In this document: positions 1 through 11,300 of the stretch, in pieces
How positions within the stretch are numbered: the first letter of the stretch is position 1
Layout: every line of letters begins with the position of its first letter
From: Priapulus caudatus
Taxonomy: Eukaryota
Direction of reading: 5' to 3'
Length of the DNA: 32,488 bases
Assembly: GCF_000485595.1 (NCBI RefSeq)
Contig: NW_014577072.1
Location: 844,549 to 877,036 of the forward strand
The notes under the pieces: generated by a model
The model's database searches: none
Seen by the model: the letters and a program-made list of their open reading frames with translations, nothing else
What the model was told of the DNA's origin: nothing
Translations under genes and position numbers: made by a program

Positions 1-95
1 GTATTGTATTGTATTGTATTGTATTGTATTGTATTGTATTATATTATATTATATTATATTATATTATATTTTATTTTATTTTATTTTATTTTATA
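1..95. repeat. Compound pentanucleotide microsatellite (GTATT)n(ATATT)n(ATTTT)n
   Basis: Directly visible. Confidence 0.95.
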
Positions 96-111
96 ATTAT
101 TATATCGCTAC

Positions 112-210
112 CTTTCTTTGCATAACACTGGATAAAGTTGTCTCGAATGATGACCCAGTTATAGGACCATTTAGCTGTCATCGTTGCCTCGGTAGCCACG
201 TACAGGTAAC
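112..210 (-). CDS. Adaptor exon (99 nt): start of PH domain 2
   Basis: GYLYVATEATMTAKWSYNWVIIRDNFIQCYAKK; taacag / gtagcg junctions. Confidence 0.8.
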
Positions 211-1262
211 CTGTTATAATTATACCAATTTAAATTGATAATATGTTACAAAACATATAGTCTAGATATCATTTAGGAAAATGGCAGCCGTAAGCAAGAT
301 TAATGCGATGAGCATGTACTCTGCTAGCCATTGATTAGTGAAATACCGGCAATGATAAAGTTCCCGCCGATTTCGATGGTGGATGTGCGCACTGACTTCT
401 TCTTCTTTCCGAAACCCAATTTTGACGCCAACTGCTTGACCGCCGCGTGAGACGGGGACTCTAAAAAAATAGTTCGTTCCCAAGATCAGCTCTGATGATA
501 AATAAAGCTGCATTTATAAGCCAACTGACAAAATAATAGACTTTTTAGAAATTAAATAGAGAGCTCATATTTTCAAACATAATCGCGGATATTGGTCCAC
601 CCGTACCTTGCGACGCATTTTGGGGCACTTGTTGCTCTGTCACCGGAACTTGAAGCGTAGTGGCCGCCGAAATGAGCTGTAAATGTGACATTTTCGAATA
701 AACGAGAAGATTTACAGACCTTTTTTGCATTGCATTCACCATTACCACACTACTCCGCGCTGAAGTTGCATGCGTTTACCGTCTGGACAAAAATAACTAT
801 ATGTTTACATTTATACATATACACATGTATTACGTTGCGATACACACCGATAGTATAATAAGTATAGGCTGCTGCAACACGCACCTCTAGCCACCTGCTT
901 TGCACGACGATGTCATCAGCGCTGAAGAAATGCGTCGGTTTTCCCGGATGAGACAAGCGGATGCATGGTTTCATCTGATCACCCGGTACGTCATTGATCA
1001 GCAACACAACAGCCTCGTATCCTGTTGTAAAATAGACAAATATATATACATATATATATATATATAAATATATATACATATATATCAAGAGTACATAATA
1101 GAGTCTCTATTATGTACTCTTGATATATGTATATATATGCATGCGAAGAAATTGTTTTTCACACAACAACAGATTCCACTACAAGTAAAAAACATGTAGG
1201 CCTAATTAGAAAAGCAGAAATACATTTCGAGACTCGGCGGGGTACTTTATATATATATATTG

Positions 1263-1314
<52 letters not shown>

Positions 1315-3656
1315 CAATATATATATATATACTATATATATATATATTTATTTATTTATTTATTTAACGTTTGAACCTGTTAATTTTAGGCAGGCAGTTG
1401 GTTTCTCGTCCTTCTCCTTCTTGTAACAGTACAACGTGTCAGCGTAAAGCACACTGAAGCGCTTACTCCACGAGTTACTCTGGCCTTTGTAATAGATCTG
1501 ACCGAAAAGTTGTGCGTCAGCTAGCATTCTCTTGGCGCTGAGTCGTTTGGAATGCTTTTCCTTTCTAGAACACGAGGAAAAGTGTTAAGTCATTACTCGC
1601 TCACGGCGAATCAACATGAGCGAAAGAGCCCACTGTCGCCAAGAGACTATTGTTGCTTATATCTGAACATCTATAGTCGTCAGGTCCCGTTGAAAGATGA
1701 ATAATATATAATAAAGAGTACATCCACCAACGCTGGTGTAAGGGTTTGGATACGGCCAAGGTGGCAACGGCTTAGGATAAAATGCAAGACAGTTTAGTTA
1801 TATCACTGATCACTGTTTTGAGAACGTTCGCCAACATTAGGGTCGGTATCAACAACATATACACTAATAAAGACTTGTCTTGCTTTGTGGGCAGCTGAAC
1901 GTCGGGACTTTCGTTGTCGCTGACGTCATCTCTTCTTCTCGCGTCCTCATCAGTGTCCTTGACAGTCGATTCGAAGTCACTACTGCTGCTACTACCACCA
2001 CTGCGCACACTCGGCTGAAATTACATGAGCATTAATAAATGGCTAAAACACAAGATCTAATCAGATCATTTCATCACTGAACTTATCATCATAGACGTCA
2101 TGTATATCGTATGTCATTGATATCATCGTACGACGACGACGACAGTGTATCTCACTTGAGGGCGCTAGCGCACTAGTCGCTTCCAATGACGCCGACGGCA
2201 TGCGCTGACTTCCTACTAGAAACCTATGGTTAGCGATGATATCATTATCGTTTATTCTCATAATACCTATATACGGCTAAGCACTTCAGCTATTCCTGGT
2301 TTAATACCTTCAATGTTTCTATAGGTTGCTCGTAGATGGCGTCTTCTACGGACGTTATATCAGTTCCAGATCTAGAAAAGGACAACCTTTGTTAGATAAT
2401 CAGTATTCAACAGATGAATAATTTGATATTTTATGAAAGCATAGTCGTCATGTCAAGATTATATAGGGCTAACATATTACTAGTGTATAATGATCAGATA
2501 CATACACTACATTATGCGTATATTATTTTTTCATTTACGGATAAGAAAACATCTTGAAATAACGCCCTCCTCCACAAGGGAAACTCACTGTATGTCAGTG
2601 CGCACATCCTCGTAAATGTTTTCTTCGGCTTCAGGCGAGCTTGGCGCGCGTTCATCGGGCGTCAGCACATCCATGTAGAGGCCACCGTAGTGACCGTTAC
2701 TGGGCACCGGCGGCGGATAACACAGTGGCGGTGGTCCACACTCGCTGTCCGGCCTGTCCGGCACGGACGCGACGCCGTAGATGTAGATCTCCTCCTGCTG
2801 TGCCGCACCCTCGCTGACGTCGGCCGCCGGCAGCGACATCGCCGGCCTCGGATACTGCTTCGCCGGACCCTCGTGCTCGACGTTAACGGTGAGCTCTCGT
2901 GGGATCACGAACGCCGTGTCACGTAATCGATGATCGTAACTCACCTCGTCGGTGAGCAGGACGACGGCTGGCATCGTGTCTCCGTCGGAAATCAGTGCGA
3001 TTGAAGCGCCACCGTGCGGTTCGGCCACTTCATATGGTGACTCGTAATCGGCAGGGTTCTTAGTGCTCATAGTTATAACGCTGTATATGAAAGGGAAGTA
3101 GAATGTGCTAGTAGTACAATGTGCCCAGACATTCGCCGTATATCGTACAATAATTATCGGCACAAACTGTGCACTCAAATCATAGAGACACGTTTGTCAG
3201 CAGCTTCTTTCAAATGAAGTCTATCGATAAGATTATAATTACATTACGTCAATTTTAAAATACGAAAAAGCGGTCGAAGAGGGTTTATCTTTCCCTGCTA
3301 AACTCCGGGATGTACGGCGTGTAACACATATTACAATAGCATGTCTCCTTCATTGCCTTGGCAGCTATTTACGTCGGTATAACAACTCTTGATAAACATC
3401 CTAATATTACAGGCTCTAGAGCGCGCGAGAACCTGGTAGTAGATAGGAAAATATCCATATAACAACCCACGAGTAAAAAGACTAGAGGCATAGCGAGAAA
3501 TAGGCGTAATTGACTATTTTCTCGTGCTTATATTGAACATTAGAAAATAATGAAAACGTAAGTCGACGTACTCATCTATTTTCTTATCGTCCTTGTCGTA
3601 CCATATGCTGTCATTTTTCTTGTCACTGTTCTTTCTTTCGGCGACACTTGAATCAC

Positions 3657-3698
<42 letters not shown>

Positions 3699-4020
3699 NN
3701 NNNNNNNNNNNNNNNNNNNNNNNNNNNNNNNNNNNNNNNNNNNNNNNNNNNNNNNNNNNNNNNNNNNNNNNNNNNNNNNNNNNNNNNNNNNNNNNNNNNN
3801 NNNNNNNNNNNNNNNNNNNNNNNTATATATATGATTAATCGGACAGCCTTATATCTAGAGATCTATATAAATTGGCAAGACGTGACGTAAATATATGTAA
3901 TAGTTTACCTGCGTTTTATTGCCTGCTCGTCGAGCGTGCGCAGTAGCTGCTGCCGGGTTGTCTCTGCCGTCGGCGATAGCTCCTCAACGGCTAAGCCTCG
4001 ACGAAGAAAGTCCTCGATAC
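112..4020 (-). CDS. Partial tandem-PH-domain adaptor gene (AFAP1/AFAP1L-like); join complement(3909-4020, 2589-3080, 2308-2371, 1875-2014, 1377-1564, 885-1021, 607-676, 347-460, 112-210); start not resolved, continues off the left edge
   Basis: Nine GT-AG exons join in frame. N-terminal IEDFLRRGLAVEELSPTAETTRQQLL resembles the SKAP/AFAP helical segment. PH1 is FGQIYYKGQSNSWSKRFSVLYADTLYCYKKEKD...THFFSADDIVVQSRWLELI. The linker is KLGFGKKKKS and PH2 begins AGYLYV...KWSYNWVIIRDNFIQCY. The family call is from recalled similarity, not a search. Confidence 0.75.
347..460 (-). CDS. Adaptor exon (114 nt): inter-PH linker SPSHAAVKQLASKLGFGKKKKSVRTSTIEIGGNFIIA
   Basis: ttttag / gtattt junctions; phase 1 to 1; different frame from ORF 262..513. 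Confidence 0.8.
607..676 (-). CDS. Adaptor exon (70 nt): LISAATTLQVPVTEQQVPQNASQ
   Basis: ttacag / gtacgg junctions; phase 0 to 1. Confidence 0.8.
885..1021 (-). CDS. Adaptor exon: second half of PH domain 1
   Basis: YEAVV...CIRLSHPGKPTHFFSADDIVVQSRWLE with the invariant PH-helix Trp; caacag / gtgcgt junctions. Confidence 0.88.
1080..1128. repeat. Perfect palindrome, 24-bp arms with 1-nt loop
   Basis: atatatcaagagtacataatagag-t-ctctattatgtactcttgatatat, checked base by base. Confidence 0.95.
1248..1365. repeat. (TA)n / (TTTA)n microsatellite
   Basis: Directly visible. Confidence 0.95.
1377..1564 (-). CDS. Adaptor exon: first half of PH domain 1
   Basis: KEKHSKRLSAKRMLADAQLFGQIYYKGQSNSWSKRFSVLYADTLYCYKKEKDEKPTACLKLTG; PH pattern W-x-K-R-F-x-V-L...L-Y-C-Y. 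Confidence 0.88.
1875..2014 (-). CDS. Adaptor exon: Ser/acidic-rich PSVRSGGSSSSSDFESTVKDTDED...
   Basis: tttcag acceptor; donor gtcttt is weak but phase-compatible, so the 3' boundary is uncertain. Confidence 0.7.
2308..2371 (-). CDS. Adaptor exon (64 nt): SGTDITSVEDAIYEQPIETLK
   Basis: ttctag / gtatta junctions; bridges phase 2 to phase 0 exactly as the flanking exons require. Confidence 0.8.
2589..3080 (-). CDS. Adaptor exon (492 nt): acidic Tyr/Pro-rich region
   Basis: GC-rich open frame; atacag / gtgagt junctions; DYESPYEV, GPPPLCYPPPVP, LYMDV, NIYEDV. Confidence 0.88.
3660..3832. repeat. (TA)n microsatellite flanking N-gap 3699-3823
   Basis: Directly visible. Confidence 0.95.
3909..4020 (-). 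CDS. Adaptor exon: SKAP/AFAP-like N-terminal helical segment
   Basis: tgccag / gtaaac junctions; the phase-2 end matches the next acceptor. Confidence 0.8.
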
Positions 4021-4293
4021 CTGGCAGTACGGCTGTAATGTGTACGATGAAATCAGCATCATCGACTATAACACGACACTGGTGAGATTGCGGTGTCACC
4101 GAAGTGGGAAGACGTCCATTTACGACACACGAGAGTGGTTACAATTTAGTGTGTAGAGGTGACACACATGTGACCAGGTACAAAATGCTAATCGCGTGAT
4201 ACTCATTTACACAATTAGTGTGATGATGCTCTCATTGCATCACTTTGTTCACTTTCGTGATAACAGGCCAACGCACAATAGGGTGACACTTAA

Positions 4294-4540
4294 AGGCCCC
4301 CGCACACGGTAAGGTTCGTGCTCAGCACGGAGCGTGAGTTTCGTGCTCAGCAGGAACCTCACCGTGTGCGGGGTCGATTTCACTGAGTTTTCGGTCTCGT
4401 GAGGCGGTGAGGAAAATATCTGTCGTGTTTGATAATTTTGGTCTCGCGAAGCTGAAAACTCAGCGTGTGCGGGGGTGTGAGGTTCCTGCTGAGCACGAAA
4501 CTCACGCTCCGTGCTCAGCACGAATCTCGCCATGTAGCCT
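4294..4540. mobile_element. Hairpin MITE-like element, possibly PIF/Harbinger type
   Basis: Inverted arms ttcgtgctcagcacggagcgtgagtttcgtgctcagcaggaacctcac (about 4315-4362) and gtgaggttcctgctgagcacgaaactcacgctccgtgctcagcacgaa (about 4477-4524); termini taa-aggcccccgcacac ... agcct-aa. Confidence 0.7.
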
Positions 4541-5554
4541 AACGGTGACAAGTGGTCTCCATCACTGCTCTACACCTTCTTGTCACACCTACCACGCTAG
4601 GCTATGTTGACGTTACTACACGTGCTACAAACAGCCAGAAAATACTAGCTGTGGTACAAATTCCGCTTCTTTTCGTCTGAGTCAATAAAATCGCTACACG
4701 TCCCGATTGAATCGGCTGTGATAGACCCGATGAAAAAATATCGGTTATGTGTTCCATCAGTTCAGCTACGTATCATTTACTGCCGTGTACCAAAGAGCGG
4801 GTCGTAAACCTGAGGTGTATTTGCTTACAGCGGGGTTCGGAAACCTGCGCACGTTCTGCGGACACTATATAGATGTGTCACAGATATTATTGTAAACATA
4901 AATCTTGAAATTCTCGTGAAATCAGCAGAGAACGTTTTTCATTGTAGAGATCTCAACTGAACCTAAATGGCATTTCTTGCGTAAGTAGTTCTGCTTCCGT
5001 TGAGTTCTCTACAGTACACCGCACCATGTCAAGATATCTACCTGTACTAACTAAGCAATGATAGCAATAATTTCTGGTGAAGCTAAAACACAGTAATCTG
5101 ACCAATCCGTTAACTTCACGTATGTCACACTGCCCCAAGCACAATGATAATGCATTATGACTGCTCGTGGCACAGGTGCTGCGTTAACTGGTCAAACCAG
5201 GTAGACAGCATGAAATTCCTATGTCTTACTTTTGACGGCACGCCTAGTAGCGGATCCCACGATTCCGAGCTTTGCCTTCACGTAACAGATCGACATGCCA
5301 CGGTCGGTGCAGCTAGCTTTGGGCGTTGATACGCTTATTTGCCACCACATTGTAGAGCACAGAGTGTGTTAAATGTTTTGGTGAATATGGCCACATCGAG
5401 CAGTGAGGCGTTTACCTGGTGGTGGCCTGATGTATCAGCTTCCTAGCAGTGATTCGATAATATGTGCCAACGCTTTCCAGCAAATATATATAGTGATACT
5501 ATATAATAATAAAAATATATGATAATATTCACACGCCATCAGCATACAAATTAG

Positions 5555-5965
5555 CCACACCAACAGACACAGAAAGCAAAACGGCACACACAACACCACA
5601 CACACACCACACATCACCACACACAACACGCATCTACAAACCCACAGCACAGGGTGAACCACACACACACGCGGCAGACACACACAACACACACACGTGC
5701 GCACAAACGTGCGCATATATATATATATATGTTAGTGTGTGTGTGTGTGTGTTGTGTGTGTGTGTGCTGTGCTGTGTGTGTGTGTGATGTGTGTGTGTGT
5801 CTGTCATGTGGTGTGTGTGTGTGTGTTGTGTGTGTAGTGTGTGTAGTGCATGTCGTGTGGTGTGACAACGTGTGTGTGTGTGGTGTGATGTAGATGTATG
5901 ATGCGCATGTGTGTGTGTAGTGTGTGCTGTTGGGTGTGTGCTAAGATGTAAGTGTGATGAGTGTA
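5555..5965. repeat. Degraded (CA)n-(TA)n-(GT)n compound microsatellite
   Basis: Visible; irregular units consistent with read noise. Confidence 0.9.
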
Positions 5966-8395
5966 ATTACATTAGCCTGGAACATAACTGCACTCGCAGT
6001 ACTGAAGTGGAACAATGCGAATACAGCACGGCCTTGCATCATTCGATACTAGATATAGATATAAAGCCTTATTTTACGTATAGATTATTCAACACGATTT
6101 TAAACCGTCATTTCTAACTTCTTTGGTGTGCTAAGAGTATTCCAACAACCGTCGTAGCCACTGCAAGAGCAACACGATCCGTCTTCAACAGCCGAACACC
6201 ACCTGATAGCTCAAAAAGAGCGCAAGCATAGAGCCCCGCGATACAACACAGAAACTAATGGATGTACAACAGACGCTCTTACAAAACGCGGTGATCACCG
6301 CAGGGGGGGGGGAGGAGGGGCAACAGAACAAGAAACACAACAAACAAAAAAAGAAAAAAAAAAAGATGAAGAACATATAACCAGGAGAAGCGGTGCGGTA
6401 CAACAAAGGATCTGCAGATAACGCAGACACAGAGAAGACGAGTAGGGGAAGGCTGGTCAAATCATCGTGGCCGTGTTATGGTGGCCGCGTAAGAAGATAA
6501 AAGGCGGTCAGCAGGGGAGGCGATTAAATCACTATTAAGAGCGACCTGCCGAGGGCAAAACTTGGATAGAAGTGAACTTACAAGAAGAGTAATATGAGCG
6601 AGGCACAGCGCACATCGGGGGCGTGTAACGCATTCGCATTGAGTGCGTGCTAGCAGTCTATACAAGTGGTAATGCTGTGTGGCGTGAATGCGCACGTTTA
6701 GCGAAATCGCAATAAGCTATCACACAAACATAATAGACGTATCGGATGAAGAATATATGCAGTAAACAATTCACTAACTCCTGATTCCACAATGCCGCGG
6801 CGCATATTAGCGCTGCAGTCAGATTGAACACTCAAGGTGGGAATTCATAGAAAATTATTATCTTAAATCAATGAATCTTAAACAGCTGAATACGGTTGTC
6901 ATCTTCTTCGGATCGCAACCGATAGGTTATGTATGAATATATGAATTATATTTATTGATTTATTTAATTCATAATTATGTTTATTTAAATATATATATAA
7001 TAAATCAGTCGGTGCGGAAAGATATTCAAGAAATGTAAAGTTGGTAACATAGGGAATACCGATGAATACATAAAATGTATATTAGATATGTTATAATACT
7101 AAAAGCACTGATGATAGTCGTAGTAAAGAGCAGTGCTTAACCTCATTCAAAGCTAATCGCTATCGAAAGACCTTTCAGCGATTACACACAGTTAGTGCTT
7201 ATCTGATAATATATAAATGCATAAGTATATATTAACCCCAAACAATTCGTTTTTATACCGTATTACGACAGAAATGCGACGCAACTACTGCTACCTGTGT
7301 TAGGAATGGAAATGTTTGCTTACACGATCGGGCGTAATTATCGATAGTATTGTTACTGAGCGTGTGTAAATAGGATCGTGACCTACATAATTACACTCGG
7401 ACAGAATCCGCACTATAGTACGTCGCTCGTAACCATATTCTAGCATGCTCAATCGACATGGCCAGGGTCCTCGATGTTATAATTTCCGCAGATGATTTGG
7501 CGCGAGAATTGAGATCGATCATCATCATCTTTACGTTCTTTCGCATCGCGACGTCGTGTAATCTCGCTACTGCGCGATTCCCGCGCAACACCACTGGGAT
7601 ATTGTCCGCCAAGTAACAGAATGCGATAGGGGTTACCTCTGTGTGTTGTTGCGTGCGAGCGTCAGACCACCGGCCCTTTCGGGAAGAAGGACTTCAGTCG
7701 CCGACTATCTCGCGTTAATAACTGGCTCGTGTTTTCACGTTGCTTATATGAGATACCAGTAACAGATAATGACAAGCAAGAAGGGAAAGCTACACAAGAA
7801 AACAGCCTAACCTTGTTAATATACACGTGCCTATAAGGATAGACGAAGGAAAGTGCTTCCAATGGAGGAAGTGCTATTGTATGAGATACGGGTCTAAGTT
7901 ATTACCGTATATACATGCTGTATGTATATATTATTCTATAAGCGAGGAACTCATAGCAAGCGTAACGCAGGCCGTATATAGCATGCAACATACTTAATGG
8001 CAAAGAAACTAGATGTGTATGTGAAATTATACAATTTTACTGAAAAGCAATAATGACATACTTAGAGATTCAACGGCGTCAAAACGCAATAATGATTAAT
8101 ATAGGTATAGGTAAACGTGATAACATAATGTACAAAAATATGACTATAGATGAACAAGATAACCTGGGTGTGAATCCTGAAATAGAGTAAGAGTCTTAAG
8201 AAAATAATATAATCAAAACGTGCGTACGTAAATATAAACATTAAACGTAGAATGAAATATTTAAGCAAAAAACGAATAGAAGGACAATTTATGAACGAAT
8301 ACACAGAAATCACCTCTGTGAAGAGAGCTCTACCACGGTCGGCCTCTGGCAAAAGATGCTGCATAGGATTAATACGCAGTCTATATCGTCAATCG

Positions 8396-11300
8396 ATTCT
8401 GGTCGTACGTGTATCACCGTCAGATAAAACGCACCAAAAAACGACGGATGCACACGAGGAGCTAACGGGAAGAGACACCCGCGGACGCCGGTCGATTGTC
8501 TTTTGCTTCTTTCTGTCTTCGTCGATGACTTTCTTGAATCGTTTCTTACCGTGGTGAGTCCCTGGCGAGTGAGATGAGTTTAATAACGTCGCACATCCGC
8601 GATACCTCTGAACGTCGATCTCAAGCAGCTCGCTCAGTGACGGTTTGTTTCATCTAAAATCGAGTGAACAATATACTGTGAGGAGTTTCTATACGCAACG
8701 AAGAGTCATCTAGGCCTCTGAGAAATCGCTTCTGCGTTACATAATAGTGGATCATAAAATGCATATAAATGCTAGCACACACTTCACTATACTCTCCACC
8801 ACACCCAGCAAGATCGAGAAGCAGACGGGCGCGAGATTATAATGGCAGTCAAAAATCGAGCTTTCGATTATAATCTAATAGACAAGATTAAGTGGATCGT
8901 CATCGGACACCACAGCCTTATTCGCTAGGTGATTCTGTACGACGAAGCAGAGAAGGGGGACGTTTCATCGAGCGCGAATCTTTAATCTGTTGGTATGTAT
9001 ATAGTTCCGTTTAACTTACATGTAACGAGTAATTCTATTTCTATTAACAAAGGCTTGTTTCTGAATAAGCAAGCTAATGATATTTAGACTAGTGACACTA
9101 TTTTTATTTCGTACTCTAATTTAGGCATAAAAGGGAGATTTTAGCAGTTCCGCTAGATTTTTGGAAAACAACGACACAGTTAAGGACCATGAATATATCT
9201 CAGATCAAGTAAGACATGTTTAGCATTTTAATTATTTCTTATATCAATCGACATTAACCTCGGAACTTATTTCGATTACTGCTCACAAGTTTAATCAAGT
9301 TTCTCATGTGGCCAGGGGTGTCACTTTCTCCGTAGCCAGTTAAGAGATGGGCGTAGAGGAGCGGATGCCGTCACGTGGCAAGACTAGTCACTAGATCGTC
9401 AGGTTCGATCTTCCCACAGTCATACTTATGCTAGATCATGGCTTATTTCTGAAAAGCCTAACCATAACCTAATTCTAACTCTAAACGCTGCCCTGTAACG
9501 CCTATCTAACATAAGTGTGCACGTAGGGCACCTTCTCAATACGCCGGGAGGAAAAGTGAACGGTGGCCAAACTAGGCTCATTAACAGGCGCATCGGTTAG
9601 TAGCCATGTAACTTATGATCAGCCGAGAGTAAAACGGTAATACACGTTTTTGCTCGTGTCAAAAAGAATATGGTTTTTAATAGTAGGTGAAACTTTATGC
9701 CAGAAATTTGCGATGTGTTTTAAGCGAAAACTAGCTCAGTACCGTGGAAGGAGTAAACGACCACATCAATAAAAAAATAGCCTTTTGGAAAAACTCGGCA
9801 CATTATTCAACAAATAAACATTAACTGACATTAATAACGAATCGGGATATTGGATGATAAACTTGAACTTTGTATAAGTCATCACTTTTTACAATAAAAC
9901 ACTCCCACACTTTTCTACGTGCGGTCATACAAAATCGTTTAGTGATAGCATCGATGTTTCTTAAGCACAAAAGTTGTTAGATATAAATTAATTTCAGTAT
10001 GATGACGTAGTTTTTCGTTAAACGCCCTTGTTTTTTATTTTCTCTCTCGTCTCTTCTCATCTCTCTAGCAAAGAGCGCGTGTTCATTAACTGAAAGATCT
10101 GTGAATAGAACGCTCGTAGCAATATTTCGGGCGGAGAGTTCTTCAGCGATCGGCGGCGTGAAGTATTTTTACGAGAGGAACTCGCTGAGCACGAGCGAAG
10201 ATGAACACGAACGCAATGAGGAACCAGTTCGATCGGCCTTCAGGTAGGAGAAGGGCGGCAGGCTGAAGCGCACGGCCGCACTCTGCGTGATAGATGGCTA
10301 GAGCGTCGTCAACGCTGCAGCGACACGAGAGGCGCGTATTATAGTTAGTGCACGTAGAGAGAAACAGCAGTGTGGTAGGCCACAGTGAGTAAGGCACCCC
10401 AGACTGATTCTGTGCTACGCATACTATGAAATACGACATACGCAATATAACGCTCTACCTATGACAACTATTATGTCTTCTATGACAAATAATTGTTGAT
10501 ATGTGTTGTGGCGCATAGATAGGAAGTTTAGGAGCGCTATTATGCAGCTGCAAGCAGTGAAATTTACAGCTGTAAAAGAGGAACGAAGTTGACTCGCCAA
10601 TATTTTTTCATAAGGAAGAATCACTCTATGAAAATAGTGTTCATAAAGAGAGCGTGTAGCGTATGTCGATATTTTTCATGATACAAGCAGAAACATTTGC
10701 AGCCAACAGACGCTCCCTCATGTACGCCGCGTCACGCCATTCAGCTTCACGGACATTTCCCTCATTCATCATCGGGACGTTAAAGATGACCTCAGACAGT
10801 GAGCATGTAAGAGAACGTATTATTATCTGCATATGTTTGTTTATAGGCACTTTCCTTTCATCGCAATGCGTGCATATATCATTGGACGCACGCAGGGACA
10901 GGCTGCGAATGCGCTGCTACCTACTGAGCTAGTATGTTGGGGTCTGATTATTCTAGGCTCATGCAACGCGTAAGCATACACACTGTGCACTTACGCACGC
11001 ATTCGCCCCTACCCCCCCTCAAACCACACACTCACACATTACTCTCTTCTTCTCTCTCTCTCTTTCTTTTCTCTCTCTTCTCGATCGCTTAGCTCGCTAC
11101 TCGCTATTCTCACACAACACCATGCGCACCAACACCAACACACCACTAACACACACAAACACTACACAACAGGCCACACACACACACGCGCGCGGGCTGC
11201 GCGCGACACGCGCGCACGCAACACCGCACGCACACACACCAACAACACACACACACCAACACACACACAGGGTGGGCACTCACTGCTCGAGAAAGGTAGT

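Noticed and set aside
1722..1770. Possible extra adaptor exon (PLPPWPYPNPY)
   Set aside because: No donor/acceptor pair fits the phases of the neighbouring exons; needs cDNA.
4829..5041. Candidate first exons of the adaptor (MVRCTVENSTEAELLTQEMPF and a 27-nt exon)
   Set aside because: Could not be linked in frame to the 4020 acceptor with confidence.
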